From an uncultured Candidatus Saccharibacteria bacterium (lineage in GTDB: Bacteria > Patescibacteriota > Minisyncoccia > Minisyncoccales > CAYUHA01), in NCBI GenBank assembly GCA_964444395.1, contig CAYUHA010000001.1, positions 1 to 34,446 of the forward strand: a stretch of 34,446 bases of DNA, given 5' to 3'. Under the pieces are notes generated by a model that saw only the letters and a program-made list of their open reading frames with translations, was not told where the DNA came from and did not search any database. Within the stretch, counting starts at the first letter, position 1. Every line of letters begins with the position of its first letter. Below, piece by piece: positions 24,431-32,718 of this stretch. A program made the position numbers and the translations under genes.

Positions 24431-25576
24431 TCATAGTCCTCTCTTGATTCTTCTCATTTTTTCAATAATATAATTTATCCAATATCTTTTTGAAATTACA
24501 AAATCTTGAGTTTTTACATACTCTTTTTTGTACCCGCCAAAACCTATTTTAAACAAACTAAGCCCATACCAAGGGTGATTTTTATTAATTATTTCTATTC
24601 GAGCTTTATTTACGCAGACAGGGGCAATGCCCCAGAAGTTATAAATCTGACATCCTCTTTTTTTAGCTTCTTTTATTGCTTCCCATTGCAGTAAATAAGA
24701 AACCGGAATCTTAGGATATTTTTGCCAAGAGGCTCCCTGATGATAAAAAGCTCTATCTTGATAAAAAATTATCATTGCTGAAGCTAATATTTCCCCCTTA
24801 TATTTTCCTAGAAAAACAGAAATTTGATTATCTTGACTGAAAACTAAAAACTCATTTTTTAAATAATCTAAAGAAAATGGAATAAAATGTTGACGGTCAA
24901 CCGTTTTTTGATAAAGCTTATTAAACTCTTCCACCCCTCTGACAGAATTATCTTGGATTATTTCAATATCTTGATTCTTCAAACCCTGGCGGATTAAATA
25001 ACGGGTAGTTTTCCTCATATTCATCAAAAGTTCTTGTTCCGGAATAGTAATATCCAATTTCCAAGTCAATTCAGGATGTATATGAATTGGCGCATTTCTA
25101 AATCCCAATTCTCTAAAAATCTTTTCATTTTCTTTTGTTCTTTCCCAAATCGGACTTATCCGAATAAAACTGCAATTCTCTTCTTTTGCAATCTCTATTA
25201 ATTTTTCTAACAAAATTTCTAATACTTGATACTTGATACTTGATACCCGATTATTGATTATCGGCCCGTGTGGCACCAATAAAAAAGTCCCTCTTCTAGC
25301 TTTTATTCTTATTACCAGCGCTACTGCTATAAGTTCCGGGTTTTGAGTTTTATCCTTTCCAACGAATCTTGTCCTCGGCGGAAATTGCGGCTTTGAACTT
25401 TGAGCTTTGAACTCTGAGCTTTCTCCGTATAATCCCAATCTCCAAATCTTGCTTCCCATTTCTTTATTAAACTCTCCCCAATTCCAAGACTGCAAGAAAG
25501 TTTTTTCTTTACAATCTAAAAGAAAATCTTCCCAGATTTTTTTATCTATTATTTCTCTCATAATTATTTCTCTCAT
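24431..25576 (-). CDS. FemAB-family peptidoglycan interpeptide-bridge aminoacyltransferase
   Basis: Overall FemX/MurM-like layout: 'FLQSWNWGEF', 'LLVPHGPI', 'RKTTRYLIRQGLK', 'AFYHQGAS', 'YNFWGI'. Alternative start at 25561 because of the duplicated MREII. Overlaps the murF 3' end. Confidence 0.7.
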   Translation of the reverse strand: MREIIMREIIDKKIWEDFLLDCKEKTFLQSWNWGEFNKEMGSKIWRLGLYGESSEFKAQSSKPQFPPRTRFVGKDKTQNPELIAVALVIRIKARRGTFLLVPHGPIINNRVSSIKYQVLEILLEKLIEIAKEENCSFIRISPIWERTKENEKIFRELGFRNAPIHIHPELTWKLDITIPEQELLMNMRKTTRYLIRQGLKNQDIEIIQDNSVRGVEEFNKLYQKTVDRQHFIPFSLDYLKNEFLVFSQDNQISVFLGKYKGEILASAMIIFYQDRAFYHQGASWQKYPKIPVSYLLQWEAIKEAKKRGCQIYNFWGIAPVCVNKARIEIINKNHPWYGLSLFKIGFGGYKKEYVKTQDFVISKRYWINYIIEKMRRIKRGL

Positions 25577-27125
25577 ATATCAATAAATCAATTAATTGTT
25601 TTTTTGTTTTGCCTTCTAAAAGAATTGTATCGCCCGGATTCGTAAATTGCTTAATCTTTTCCGCAATTTGTTTTGCATCTTTTATTAATAAAATGCTTTC
25701 AGGATTCATTCCATTTTCAATAGCAGAATCTTTTAATTCTTTAAAATAATCTTTTGTTGTAATAATTGCCAAATCACAAACCTCGCTAATTTTTTTACCT
25801 ATTTTTTTATGAACATCCTTTGCTGATTTGCCTAATTCAATTAAACATCTCATTATTACTATTTTCTTTCTTGCCCCGTAGGAAGCCGAAGGCTCTCCTT
25901 TGGGGCTTGCCCCGTAGGGTCCGCCATAGTAACGGCGGACTCCTTCGGGGTCCTGCCAAAGATTTAAATAATCCAAATCAGCAATAACTCCTTCAGGATT
26001 TGCTGAATAGCTTGAATCAATAATATTTAATCCGTTAATCCCCTTCAGCAATTTTATTGCTCCTTGCTCTATTTTAATTTTTCTGCAGGCATTAGATATT
26101 TCATTAAGATTCATTCCAAGCTCTTTTGCCGCTGCAACAGCGCCCAAAACATTTAAAACATTATGCCCACCTAAGACATTGACCTTAAAATCAGCAAAGT
26201 CTCCATCCCTTGAAAAAACTTTAAAAGAAATCCTTCCTCTTTCTACTTTTACATTTCTAGCCCATACATTCAATCTATCCTTAACTGAATAAAACTTTAA
26301 ACTTTTAACTTTAACTTTGAACTTTGAATCTTGAACCTTGAACTTAATATATTCATTGTCCCAATTCAAAATACCTACTCCATTTTCTGGTAAACTTTCT
26401 ATAATTTCAAACTTTGCTTTAATAATGTTTTCCAAAGAACCGAAAGTTGAAAGATGCTGAGAATTTATTCCTGTTAAAATTCCTATCTTGGGCTTAACAA
26501 ACCCGCAAACCTGCTTGATTTTTCCTCTTTCGTAAGCGCCTATTTCGCACACGAATACCTGATGATTTTCATTTAATTTATTTAAAATAGTTTGCGCTAT
26601 TCCGATTTCAGCGTTAATATTTTTTTCTGTTTTCAAAACATTAAATTTTTCAGAAAGAATAGTAGACAAAAACTCTTTTACTGAACTCTTGCCGTAACTT
26701 CCACTTATTCCAATTACTAAAAGATTTTTAAATTTATCTCTCTTTCGTTTTGCCTTTTTAATAATTCTTTTTTTAAAAAATTCTACTGGAGCTTGAAAAA
26801 ACAAAATAAAAAGAGAAAAGATTATCGGGACCAAAATGACTGAAAACAAAAGAAAAAGATAAAATTTTCTCAAAGGCAGCACAAAAAGGCAAAAAGCAAA
26901 TAAAATTTCTAATAATATTCCAAAAAATAAAATAATAATTATTTTTTTAGTAAATTTAGGAATTCTTATTTGCCAAAATGTAGAGATAATCTTTTTTATT
27001 TTCTGGGTCTCAAAGTGCGCCTTAAATCTTCTTATATGATAATCTTTTAACTGCCAAAACCACGCCCAAAAAAACAAGGATTTTGTAAAAAATAAAAACC
27101 AAAAAATTAAAAATAAAATCTTCAT
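25542..27125 (-). CDS. murF: UDP-MurNAc-tripeptide--D-Ala-D-Ala ligase (MurF-like) with an unusual N-terminal about-3-TM region
   Basis: Mur ligase P-loop 'IGISGSYGKSS', 'NINAEIGIAQT', 'CEIGAYERGKI', 'GINSQHLSTFGSLENIIKAKFEI', 'IDSSYSANP'. The first ~130 aa are hydrophobic helices rather than the usual N-domain. Confidence 0.8.
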   Translation of the reverse strand: MKILFLIFWFLFFTKSLFFWAWFWQLKDYHIRRFKAHFETQKIKKIISTFWQIRIPKFTKKIIIILFFGILLEILFAFCLFVLPLRKFYLFLLFSVILVPIIFSLFILFFQAPVEFFKKRIIKKAKRKRDKFKNLLVIGISGSYGKSSVKEFLSTILSEKFNVLKTEKNINAEIGIAQTILNKLNENHQVFVCEIGAYERGKIKQVCGFVKPKIGILTGINSQHLSTFGSLENIIKAKFEIIESLPENGVGILNWDNEYIKFKVQDSKFKVKVKSLKFYSVKDRLNVWARNVKVERGRISFKVFSRDGDFADFKVNVLGGHNVLNVLGAVAAAKELGMNLNEISNACRKIKIEQGAIKLLKGINGLNIIDSSYSANPEGVIADLDYLNLWQDPEGVRRYYGGPYGASPKGEPSASYGARKKIVIMRCLIELGKSAKDVHKKIGKKISEVCDLAIITTKDYFKELKDSAIENGMNPESILLIKDAKQIAEKIKQFTNPGDTILLEGKTKKQLIDLLIYERNNYERNNR

Positions 27126-27868
27126 TGGATGAATTGATTAATTTTTTCAGCTAAAATTTGCGGATTTTCCAAATATGGGGTATGCTTAATATCTTTCAAA
27201 ATTTCTAATTTTGAATTTGGAATCTCTTTTTTCATTAAATAGGCATCTTTTAATGGAGTTATTTTATCTTTTTCTCCCCATATAATTAAGGTAGGAGTTT
27301 TTATTTGGGATAAATATTGAGTCAAATCTTCTTCAATAATTTTTTTAAAAGTTTCTTTTAAATTTCCTTGAGCTTGAATATAATCAGTTTTTCTAACTAT
27401 AAATTTATAAAATATTTTTCTAATAAATTGATAAAAGGGCAGAAAAGAAAACATTCGTCCAAATCTTGCGATAGCAAAAATCAGACGATGATATAAATTT
27501 TGAAGCAAAACCCTTTTATGTCTTATCCCTGCCGAAGAAACCAAAATTAAACCATTCAATTTCTCTGGATATTTTGCGGCAAATTTTATTGCTATCCTTC
27601 CGCCAAAAGAATGACCTAATAAAAAAAACGATTGAAAACCTGCCTCGCTCAAAAAAAGACGAGACTGGTTCTCGTATTGCTTTAAAAAATTTTTAAGCCA
27701 TTCAATATAGTCATCTAAATTCCAAGCTCTACTTAACTGTGTTTCCCTTTTAAAACCAGGCAAGTCCGGCAGGATTACCCTTATTCCTTGTTCTTCAAGA
27801 TTATTTTTTACCTTTTCCCATTTTTCTTTTGAACTTTGCCAGCCATGTAAAATTATTAAAGTTTTCAT
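27122..27868 (-). CDS. Alpha/beta-fold hydrolase
   Basis: 'ILHGW' N-terminus, nucleophile elbow 'GHSFGG', C-terminal 'KHTPYLENP' His region. 4-nt overlap (ATGA) with the murF start. Confidence 0.8.
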   Translation of the reverse strand: MKTLIILHGWQSSKEKWEKVKNNLEEQGIRVILPDLPGFKRETQLSRAWNLDDYIEWLKNFLKQYENQSRLFLSEAGFQSFFLLGHSFGGRIAIKFAAKYPEKLNGLILVSSAGIRHKRVLLQNLYHRLIFAIARFGRMFSFLPFYQFIRKIFYKFIVRKTDYIQAQGNLKETFKKIIEEDLTQYLSQIKTPTLIIWGEKDKITPLKDAYLMKKEIPNSKLEILKDIKHTPYLENPQILAEKINQFIQ

Positions 27869-27930
27869 TTTTTAAATTTAGTTTTAAATTTAGAAACAAA
27901 TTTACCTCCTCAAATACCCAAGTCCTTTTG

Positions 27931-27970
27931 CAAAAATTGAGTTCCGCTATGAAGGATTTATTAGCGGAGC
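27931..27970 (-). terminator. Candidate rho-independent terminator after serS
   Basis: 9-bp stem 'gttccgcta'/'tagcggagc' (27941-27949 / 27962-27970), then TTTTT on the minus strand. Confidence 0.5.
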
Positions 27971-27979
27971 AAACATAGA

Positions 27980-29257
27980 TTAAAACGAGGATGTACGCGG
28001 GATAATTTTAAAATTCAAGTATTTCTGTAAAGCTTTGGGCACCAAAACAGAGCCATCTTTCTCTTGATAATTCTCAATTATCGCTATTAATGTTCTGCCA
28101 ATAGCAAAAGCGGTGCCGTTTACAGTATGAACAAAATTTAATTTATTAAATTTATCTCGATATCTGATATTCAGCCGCCTTGCCTGAAAATCAGTGCAGT
28201 TTGAACAAGAATGTGTTTCTCTGTACTGATTTTGACCCGGCATCCATGCTTCAATATCATATTTTGCCGCTGCTGGAACTCCTAAATCTCCTGTACACAT
28301 TTGAACTACTCGATAAGGAACTCCTAAGGTTTGCATTAATTTTTCCTCTATTGATAAGAAAAACTGATGTTCTTCTTTGGATTTCTCCGGGTCGCAAAAA
28401 CTAAACATTTCAGCTTTATCAAATTGATGAACCCGTAAAATTCCTTTTGTATCTTTACCATAAGAGCCCGCTTCTCTTCTAAAACAAGTGGAAAACCCTA
28501 TAAAACGTTTAGGCAAATCTTCTTTATTTAAAATTTCATCTGCATACATCGGCCCGATGGCTTGTTCTGAAGTGCCTACAAAATACAATTTATCCTTCTC
28601 AAAGTGATAAGTTTCCTGCTCCCCTCCTTGAGCCAAATATCCCATACCTTCCATAGATTTTTCAGTAATCATCACCGGCGGAACAATAGGAATAAATCCT
28701 TTATTAACTAATAAATCAAAAGCTAAATTTATTAAAGCAAATTCAAGCAAAACTGCTTCGTTCTTCAAATATCCAAAACGAGAACCTGAAACTTTTGCCG
28801 CCCTTTTAACATCGATTAAATCCAACTTCTCCGCAATTTCCAGATAATCTTTTGGTTTAAAATCAAACTTTCTTCTCCCCCCTACTTCTTTAATAACCAC
28901 ATTATCTTTCTCATCTTCTCCTATCGGTACATCCCTTAAAGCCATATTTGGGACCTGAAACATTAGATTATTAAATTCCTCCTCGATTTCTTTAAATTTT
29001 TTTTGAACTTTATCACTCTCCTTATCAAGTTTCTGCATTTCTAAAATAATATTCTTTTTCTCCTTATTATTTACAGCAGAAGCAATATCTTTGCTTGCTT
29101 TATTTTTTCTTGCCCTGAAATTTTCTAAAATTGCTAAAATTTCTCGCTTTTTTTTGTCTAAATCTAAAAGCTGGTCAATATCAACCTTAACCTGTTTATT
29201 CTTGCAGTTCTGCCTAACTAAATCCGGATTTTCACGAATGAATTTAATATCTAACAT
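27980..29257 (-). CDS. serS: Seryl-tRNA synthetase
   Basis: Coiled N-terminal arm, class II motifs 'CFRREAGS' and 'GTAFAIGRTLIAIIENYQ'. I prefer the ATG at 29257 ('MLDIKFIREN') over the tracked TTG at 29284, which lies in a repeat. Confidence 0.92.
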   Translation of the reverse strand: MLDIKFIRENPDLVRQNCKNKQVKVDIDQLLDLDKKKREILAILENFRARKNKASKDIASAVNNKEKKNIILEMQKLDKESDKVQKKFKEIEEEFNNLMFQVPNMALRDVPIGEDEKDNVVIKEVGGRRKFDFKPKDYLEIAEKLDLIDVKRAAKVSGSRFGYLKNEAVLLEFALINLAFDLLVNKGFIPIVPPVMITEKSMEGMGYLAQGGEQETYHFEKDKLYFVGTSEQAIGPMYADEILNKEDLPKRFIGFSTCFRREAGSYGKDTKGILRVHQFDKAEMFSFCDPEKSKEEHQFFLSIEEKLMQTLGVPYRVVQMCTGDLGVPAAAKYDIEAWMPGQNQYRETHSCSNCTDFQARRLNIRYRDKFNKLNFVHTVNGTAFAIGRTLIAIIENYQEKDGSVLVPKALQKYLNFKIIPRTSSF

Positions 29258-29336
29258 AAAATTATTCAAAAACTCAAAACTCAAATTTCAAAATCACAAC
29301 TTAAAATTAAAAATTTTTGATTTTATCTTATCAATT

Positions 29337-30866
29337 TTAAGTTTTACGCTTCGATTTTGCGTCTTGAGTTCCGTGTTTTGGGTTATCTTTTGGTTTCATT
29401 GTGGGGAATAATATAACCTCCCTCAAGCTATGTGAATCAGTTAATAAAGCTACCAAACGGTCAATTCCCATTCCCAAACCTGCAGAAGGGGGCATACCGT
29501 ATTCTAATGCAGTCAAAAAATCTTTATCTATTCTTTGAGCTTCTTGGAGTCCTTTTTTATATAACTTTTCCTGTTGCTCAAATCTTTTTCTCTGTTCCAA
29601 TGGATCATTAAGTTCAGAAAAAGCATTAATAAGTTCCCATCCCGCTGTTATTAACTGAAAATTAGCTAATTTTGGCTTGTTTAAAATATCATTCTTTGTG
29701 GGCTCTAACTGCTTAGCTAAAGGAAAAGCCCCTAAAGGATGATGGATTATAAAAGTCGGATTCCAAATGTTCGGAAGACAAACCTTTTTATAAATCTCAT
29801 CCGCAACTTTCGATTTATCATCTGTTTCCTCAACCTTTATCCCTAATTTTTTTGCCTCTTTTTTTAGTGCTAAAATATGAATTTCATCTAAATTTATTTT
29901 AGTATATTTTCTTAAAACCTGAGTAAATTCAACTCTTTGCCAAGGAGTACTAAAATCTATCTCCTTTCCCTGATACTTAATCTTTAACCCTCCAAATATC
30001 TTCTTGAGTAAATCCTCAAACATTTTTTCTGTGAATTTCATTAAATCCTTATAATCAGCGTAAGCCCAATAAAATTCCAGCATAGTAAAATCCGGATTAT
30101 GAGATTTATCTATGCCTTCATTTCTAAACATTCTTCCTAACTCATAAACTTTTTCAAATCCTCCTACCAAAAGTCGTTTTAAATAAAGCTCTGGAGCGAT
30201 TCGCAAATATAAATCCAAATTTAAAGCATTTAGATGAGTTTTGAATGGCCTTGCTTTTGCCCCTCCATAAATTGATTGCAGAATCGGAGTTTCTACCTCT
30301 AAAAAATCATGTTCATTTAAAAAACTCCTTATTTCCTTTATAATTTTTGAACGAATTATAAATTTTTTCTTAACTTCTGGATTAAAAATCAAGTCTAAGT
30401 ATCTTTTTCTATATCTTTCTTCAATATCTTTTAATCCATGCCATTTTTCAGGCAAAGGAAGCAAAGCTTTAGCTAACATCTTAAAACCTAAAACTTCAAG
30501 AGTTTTTTCTCCCTTTCTAGTTTTAAATAATTCTCCCCTAACCTCAATAAAATCTCCTATATCAAAATTATCTAAGAAAAACTGATATGAATCTTCTCCT
30601 AATCTATCTTTTTTAAAGTAACATTGAATTTTAGCTTTGCCATCTTCAATATGCAAAAAAGTAGAGCCGCCATGTTCTCGAATAGACCGAATCCTTCCTG
30701 CCAAAATTACTTCCTTTTTTAACCTGCAAAAATTATCAAAATCTTTTAATATTTCAGTTATTTCGTGAGTTCTTTTTGTTTTAATTGGATAAGCTGAAAA
30801 TCCGGCATTTTTTATAGCCTCCAGTTTCTTTAAACGATTTTTGCGAATTTCAGAAAAATTAGACAT
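29337..30866 (-). CDS. lysS: Lysyl-tRNA synthetase, class II
   Basis: OB-fold N-domain, 'RMFRNEGID', 'EFYWAYADY', 'GLGMGIDRLVALLT'. Confidence 0.92.
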   Translation of the reverse strand: MSNFSEIRKNRLKKLEAIKNAGFSAYPIKTKRTHEITEILKDFDNFCRLKKEVILAGRIRSIREHGGSTFLHIEDGKAKIQCYFKKDRLGEDSYQFFLDNFDIGDFIEVRGELFKTRKGEKTLEVLGFKMLAKALLPLPEKWHGLKDIEERYRKRYLDLIFNPEVKKKFIIRSKIIKEIRSFLNEHDFLEVETPILQSIYGGAKARPFKTHLNALNLDLYLRIAPELYLKRLLVGGFEKVYELGRMFRNEGIDKSHNPDFTMLEFYWAYADYKDLMKFTEKMFEDLLKKIFGGLKIKYQGKEIDFSTPWQRVEFTQVLRKYTKINLDEIHILALKKEAKKLGIKVEETDDKSKVADEIYKKVCLPNIWNPTFIIHHPLGAFPLAKQLEPTKNDILNKPKLANFQLITAGWELINAFSELNDPLEQRKRFEQQEKLYKKGLQEAQRIDKDFLTALEYGMPPSAGLGMGIDRLVALLTDSHSLREVILFPTMKPKDNPKHGTQDAKSKRKT

Positions 30867-31309
30867 AGCTATAAAATATCAAAAATCAAACAATAAATTT
30901 CTATAAATTTCGCGAAGCAAATTTCTATAAATTTCAGAAATTTATAGAAACTTATAGAAATTCATTGAAATTATTTGTCATTTTGACTTTTGAGTTTTAA
31001 ATTCTACTATTTATTGTAGCTTATCATAAAAAATCGGTCAAAATTATATGCTACTTCCATAAATTAAATCAACCAAAATCTTCGCACAAAATCTTCGTAT
31101 TTTTTATTTTATATTTTATTAATTTTTTTTAATTTTTATTTTTTTAATTTTTATTTTTTATTTTCATTACTAATTTTATTGATTTAATTTCTTCTCTTTC
31201 CTTAAAGGTTAAACCATAATATTTTTCATAGAATTCAACGCTTTAACTTTTTATAACATAATACCATAATGTTGCGCTAAATTCTTGAATCTAATTAAAA
31301 TTTTTATTA

Positions 31310-31420
31310 TTTATGTTAATTTTATATTAATTTTATATTTCATTTATATTTCATATTAATTTTATATTTTAATCTATATTTTAATTTATATTTTACTATT
31401 TATATTTTACTAATCTCACA
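31310..31420. repeat. Degenerate ~12-nt AT-only tandem repeat (aatttatatttt-like)
   Basis: Successive units 'taattttatatt', 'tcatttatattt', 'aatctatatttt', 'aatttatatttt', 'actatttatatttt'. There are no unique spacers. Confidence 0.75.
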
Positions 31421-31421
31421 A

Positions 31422-31461
31422 ATTCCACAAAAGTGTCCGATCGGACACTTTTGTGGAATGA
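31422..31461. repeat. Copy 2 of the 40-nt palindromic element
   Basis: Identical to 5972-6011 ('attccacaaaagtgtccgatcggacacttttgtggaatga'). Confidence 0.9.
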
Positions 31462-31470
31462 GAATAAAGA

Positions 31471-31550
31471 GGTATTAGTTCTATATTAGTTCTATAACTT
31501 GAAATATCAGTTTTGAGGTATTAGCTTCGGGGTATTAGCTTGAGGTATTA
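31471..31550. repeat. Iteron-like cluster of GGTATTA(G) / TATTAGTTCTA short direct repeats
   Basis: GGTATTA at 31471, 31517, 31531 and 31544. Tandem 'tattagttcta' x2 at 31473-31494. Followed by 'atattggta' x3 at about 31590-31618. Confidence 0.7.
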
Positions 31551-31633
31551 ACCCTGTAATTTACTATAAATAATATAAAAATATAAAATAATATTGGTAA
31601 TATTGGTAATATTGGCCCATAACTTAAAACAAC

Positions 31634-31679
31634 AGCTGTACATATTTAACCCACGACCGCATCCTAAATATGTACAGCT
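31634..31679. other. 15-bp perfect stem hairpin with 16-nt loop, T-tract on the + side
   Basis: 'agctgtacatattta' / 'taaatatgtacagct', followed by 'tcttatttttt'. No upstream + strand gene, so this could be the 3' end of a small RNA or a bidirectional stop. Confidence 0.5.
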
Positions 31680-31734
31680 TCTTATTTTTTATAGATTTTT
31701 TAAGGTTCTTGCTTAAAAAAAGGTTCTTGCTTAA

Positions 31735-31795
31735 AAAGAAAAAAGCCCTGGATTAGGCATATAAATTATATTATATATTTGCCTGTATCCAGAGC
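31735..31795 (-). terminator. Rho-independent terminator of the 209-aa gene
   Basis: Bulged stem 'gccctggattaggca' / 'tgcctgtatccagagc', followed on the minus strand by TTTTTTCTTTTT. Confidence 0.6.
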
Positions 31796-31808
31796 TTTGG
31801 AGTATCCA

Positions 31809-32438
31809 TTATTTATACCAATGGATACTCCCAATGGCATCTCTCGCCGCCTGCATTGCGGCGAGATATTTTGCATTTTCATAGCTTCGGCTTTTATAGC
31901 CGAAGCTGTTTCCTCCGCTTATCAATCGTTCGTAAAGGGAGCCACTTCTCCCTCTACGGATTCGGGTTCGGAAGCTGCTTATATAACTATGCTGTCCTGT
32001 TCCTGTCCCAAACCCTATCAGTCGCTGAGTCCGGGCTTCTTTCACTTTTATCCTAATCTCTGCTATATAATAACGGAAATTAGGATTGGTGCTAAAATTA
32101 ATTACCTCCCCACATATTTTTAATGCGGGGAAATTCAATGTAGAGCCTGATTTTTTCCTTTTTGTGACTTTGGCTCCTACAATAGTTACTATATAATCTA
32201 CATCAATATCAATAACCTCTGTCTTCTTTCTGTAGGACCTTTGATTAGGTTCGTATACCTGGAAGCCTGCTTCACAGAATGCTTCCTGCACTGCGTGTAG
32301 GAGCATTCTTTTAGTATCTCCGTAACAACTACGCGCTTCCCAATATACAGCCACACTCTCGGCTTTTGCTGAAGTGCTTACAATACTGCTTACCAAAAAA
32401 GCTGTCATTAAAACCACCGTAATCTTTTTCATTTTCAC
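31809..32438 (-). CDS. Secreted protein of unknown function (signal peptide, no lipobox)
   Basis: 'MKMKKITVVLMTAFLVSSIVSTSAKA|ES' is a Sec signal with an AxA site. RBS AAAAGGAGAGAG. Elevated GC. No family recognised by eye. Confidence 0.65.
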   Translation of the reverse strand: MKMKKITVVLMTAFLVSSIVSTSAKAESVAVYWEARSCYGDTKRMLLHAVQEAFCEAGFQVYEPNQRSYRKKTEVIDIDVDYIVTIVGAKVTKRKKSGSTLNFPALKICGEVINFSTNPNFRYYIAEIRIKVKEARTQRLIGFGTGTGQHSYISSFRTRIRRGRSGSLYERLISGGNSFGYKSRSYENAKYLAAMQAARDAIGSIHWYK

Positions 32439-32450
32439 TCTCTCCTTTTA

Positions 32451-32645
32451 CTACTTTAACATCCACAATGGAACATCGTGGATGTTCAATTTTATCTTCT
32501 TTCTTCCGTTTCCAAAACAAATGAAACGAGCTACTTTACTTTTCTTTTCTGTCTCAGAGGTTGTTCCATCAGGAAGCATCTCCTTTAGTACCTCCCTATC
32601 TTCTTGGGATAAACAACTATTACTGCTAAAACTTAATTCTTTCAT
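32451..32645 (-). CDS. Hypothetical 64-aa protein, first gene of the two-gene unit
   Basis: Very strong RBS AAAAGGAGGGGAGGA immediately 5' of the ATG. The stop lies 12 nt before the next gene's ATG. Confidence 0.5.
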   Translation of the reverse strand: MKELSFSSNSCLSQEDREVLKEMLPDGTTSETEKKSKVARFICFGNGRKKIKLNIHDVPLWMLK

Positions 32646-32718
32646 TCCTCCCCTCCTTTTGTTTTTTCCTTATTTTATTTCGTTTCCTTCCTTATTCAAT
32701 TTCCAAGTTGCTATTAAT

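Noticed and set aside
29258-31100. T-box leaders or riboswitches upstream of serS and lysS (also gltX and pyrG)
   Set aside because: No T-box core (…GGUGGUACCGCG…) or other recognisable conserved riboswitch core was seen by eye. The leaders are made of the repeat/palindrome words found in other spacers. An Rfam scan would be the definitive check.
31310-31420. Possible CRISPR array in the AT-rich tandem repeats (also 14465-14828 around the tRNA)
   Set aside because: The units are about 12 nt, degenerate and contiguous, with no unique spacers of about 30 nt, and no cas genes are present. This is a plain low-complexity tandem repeat.
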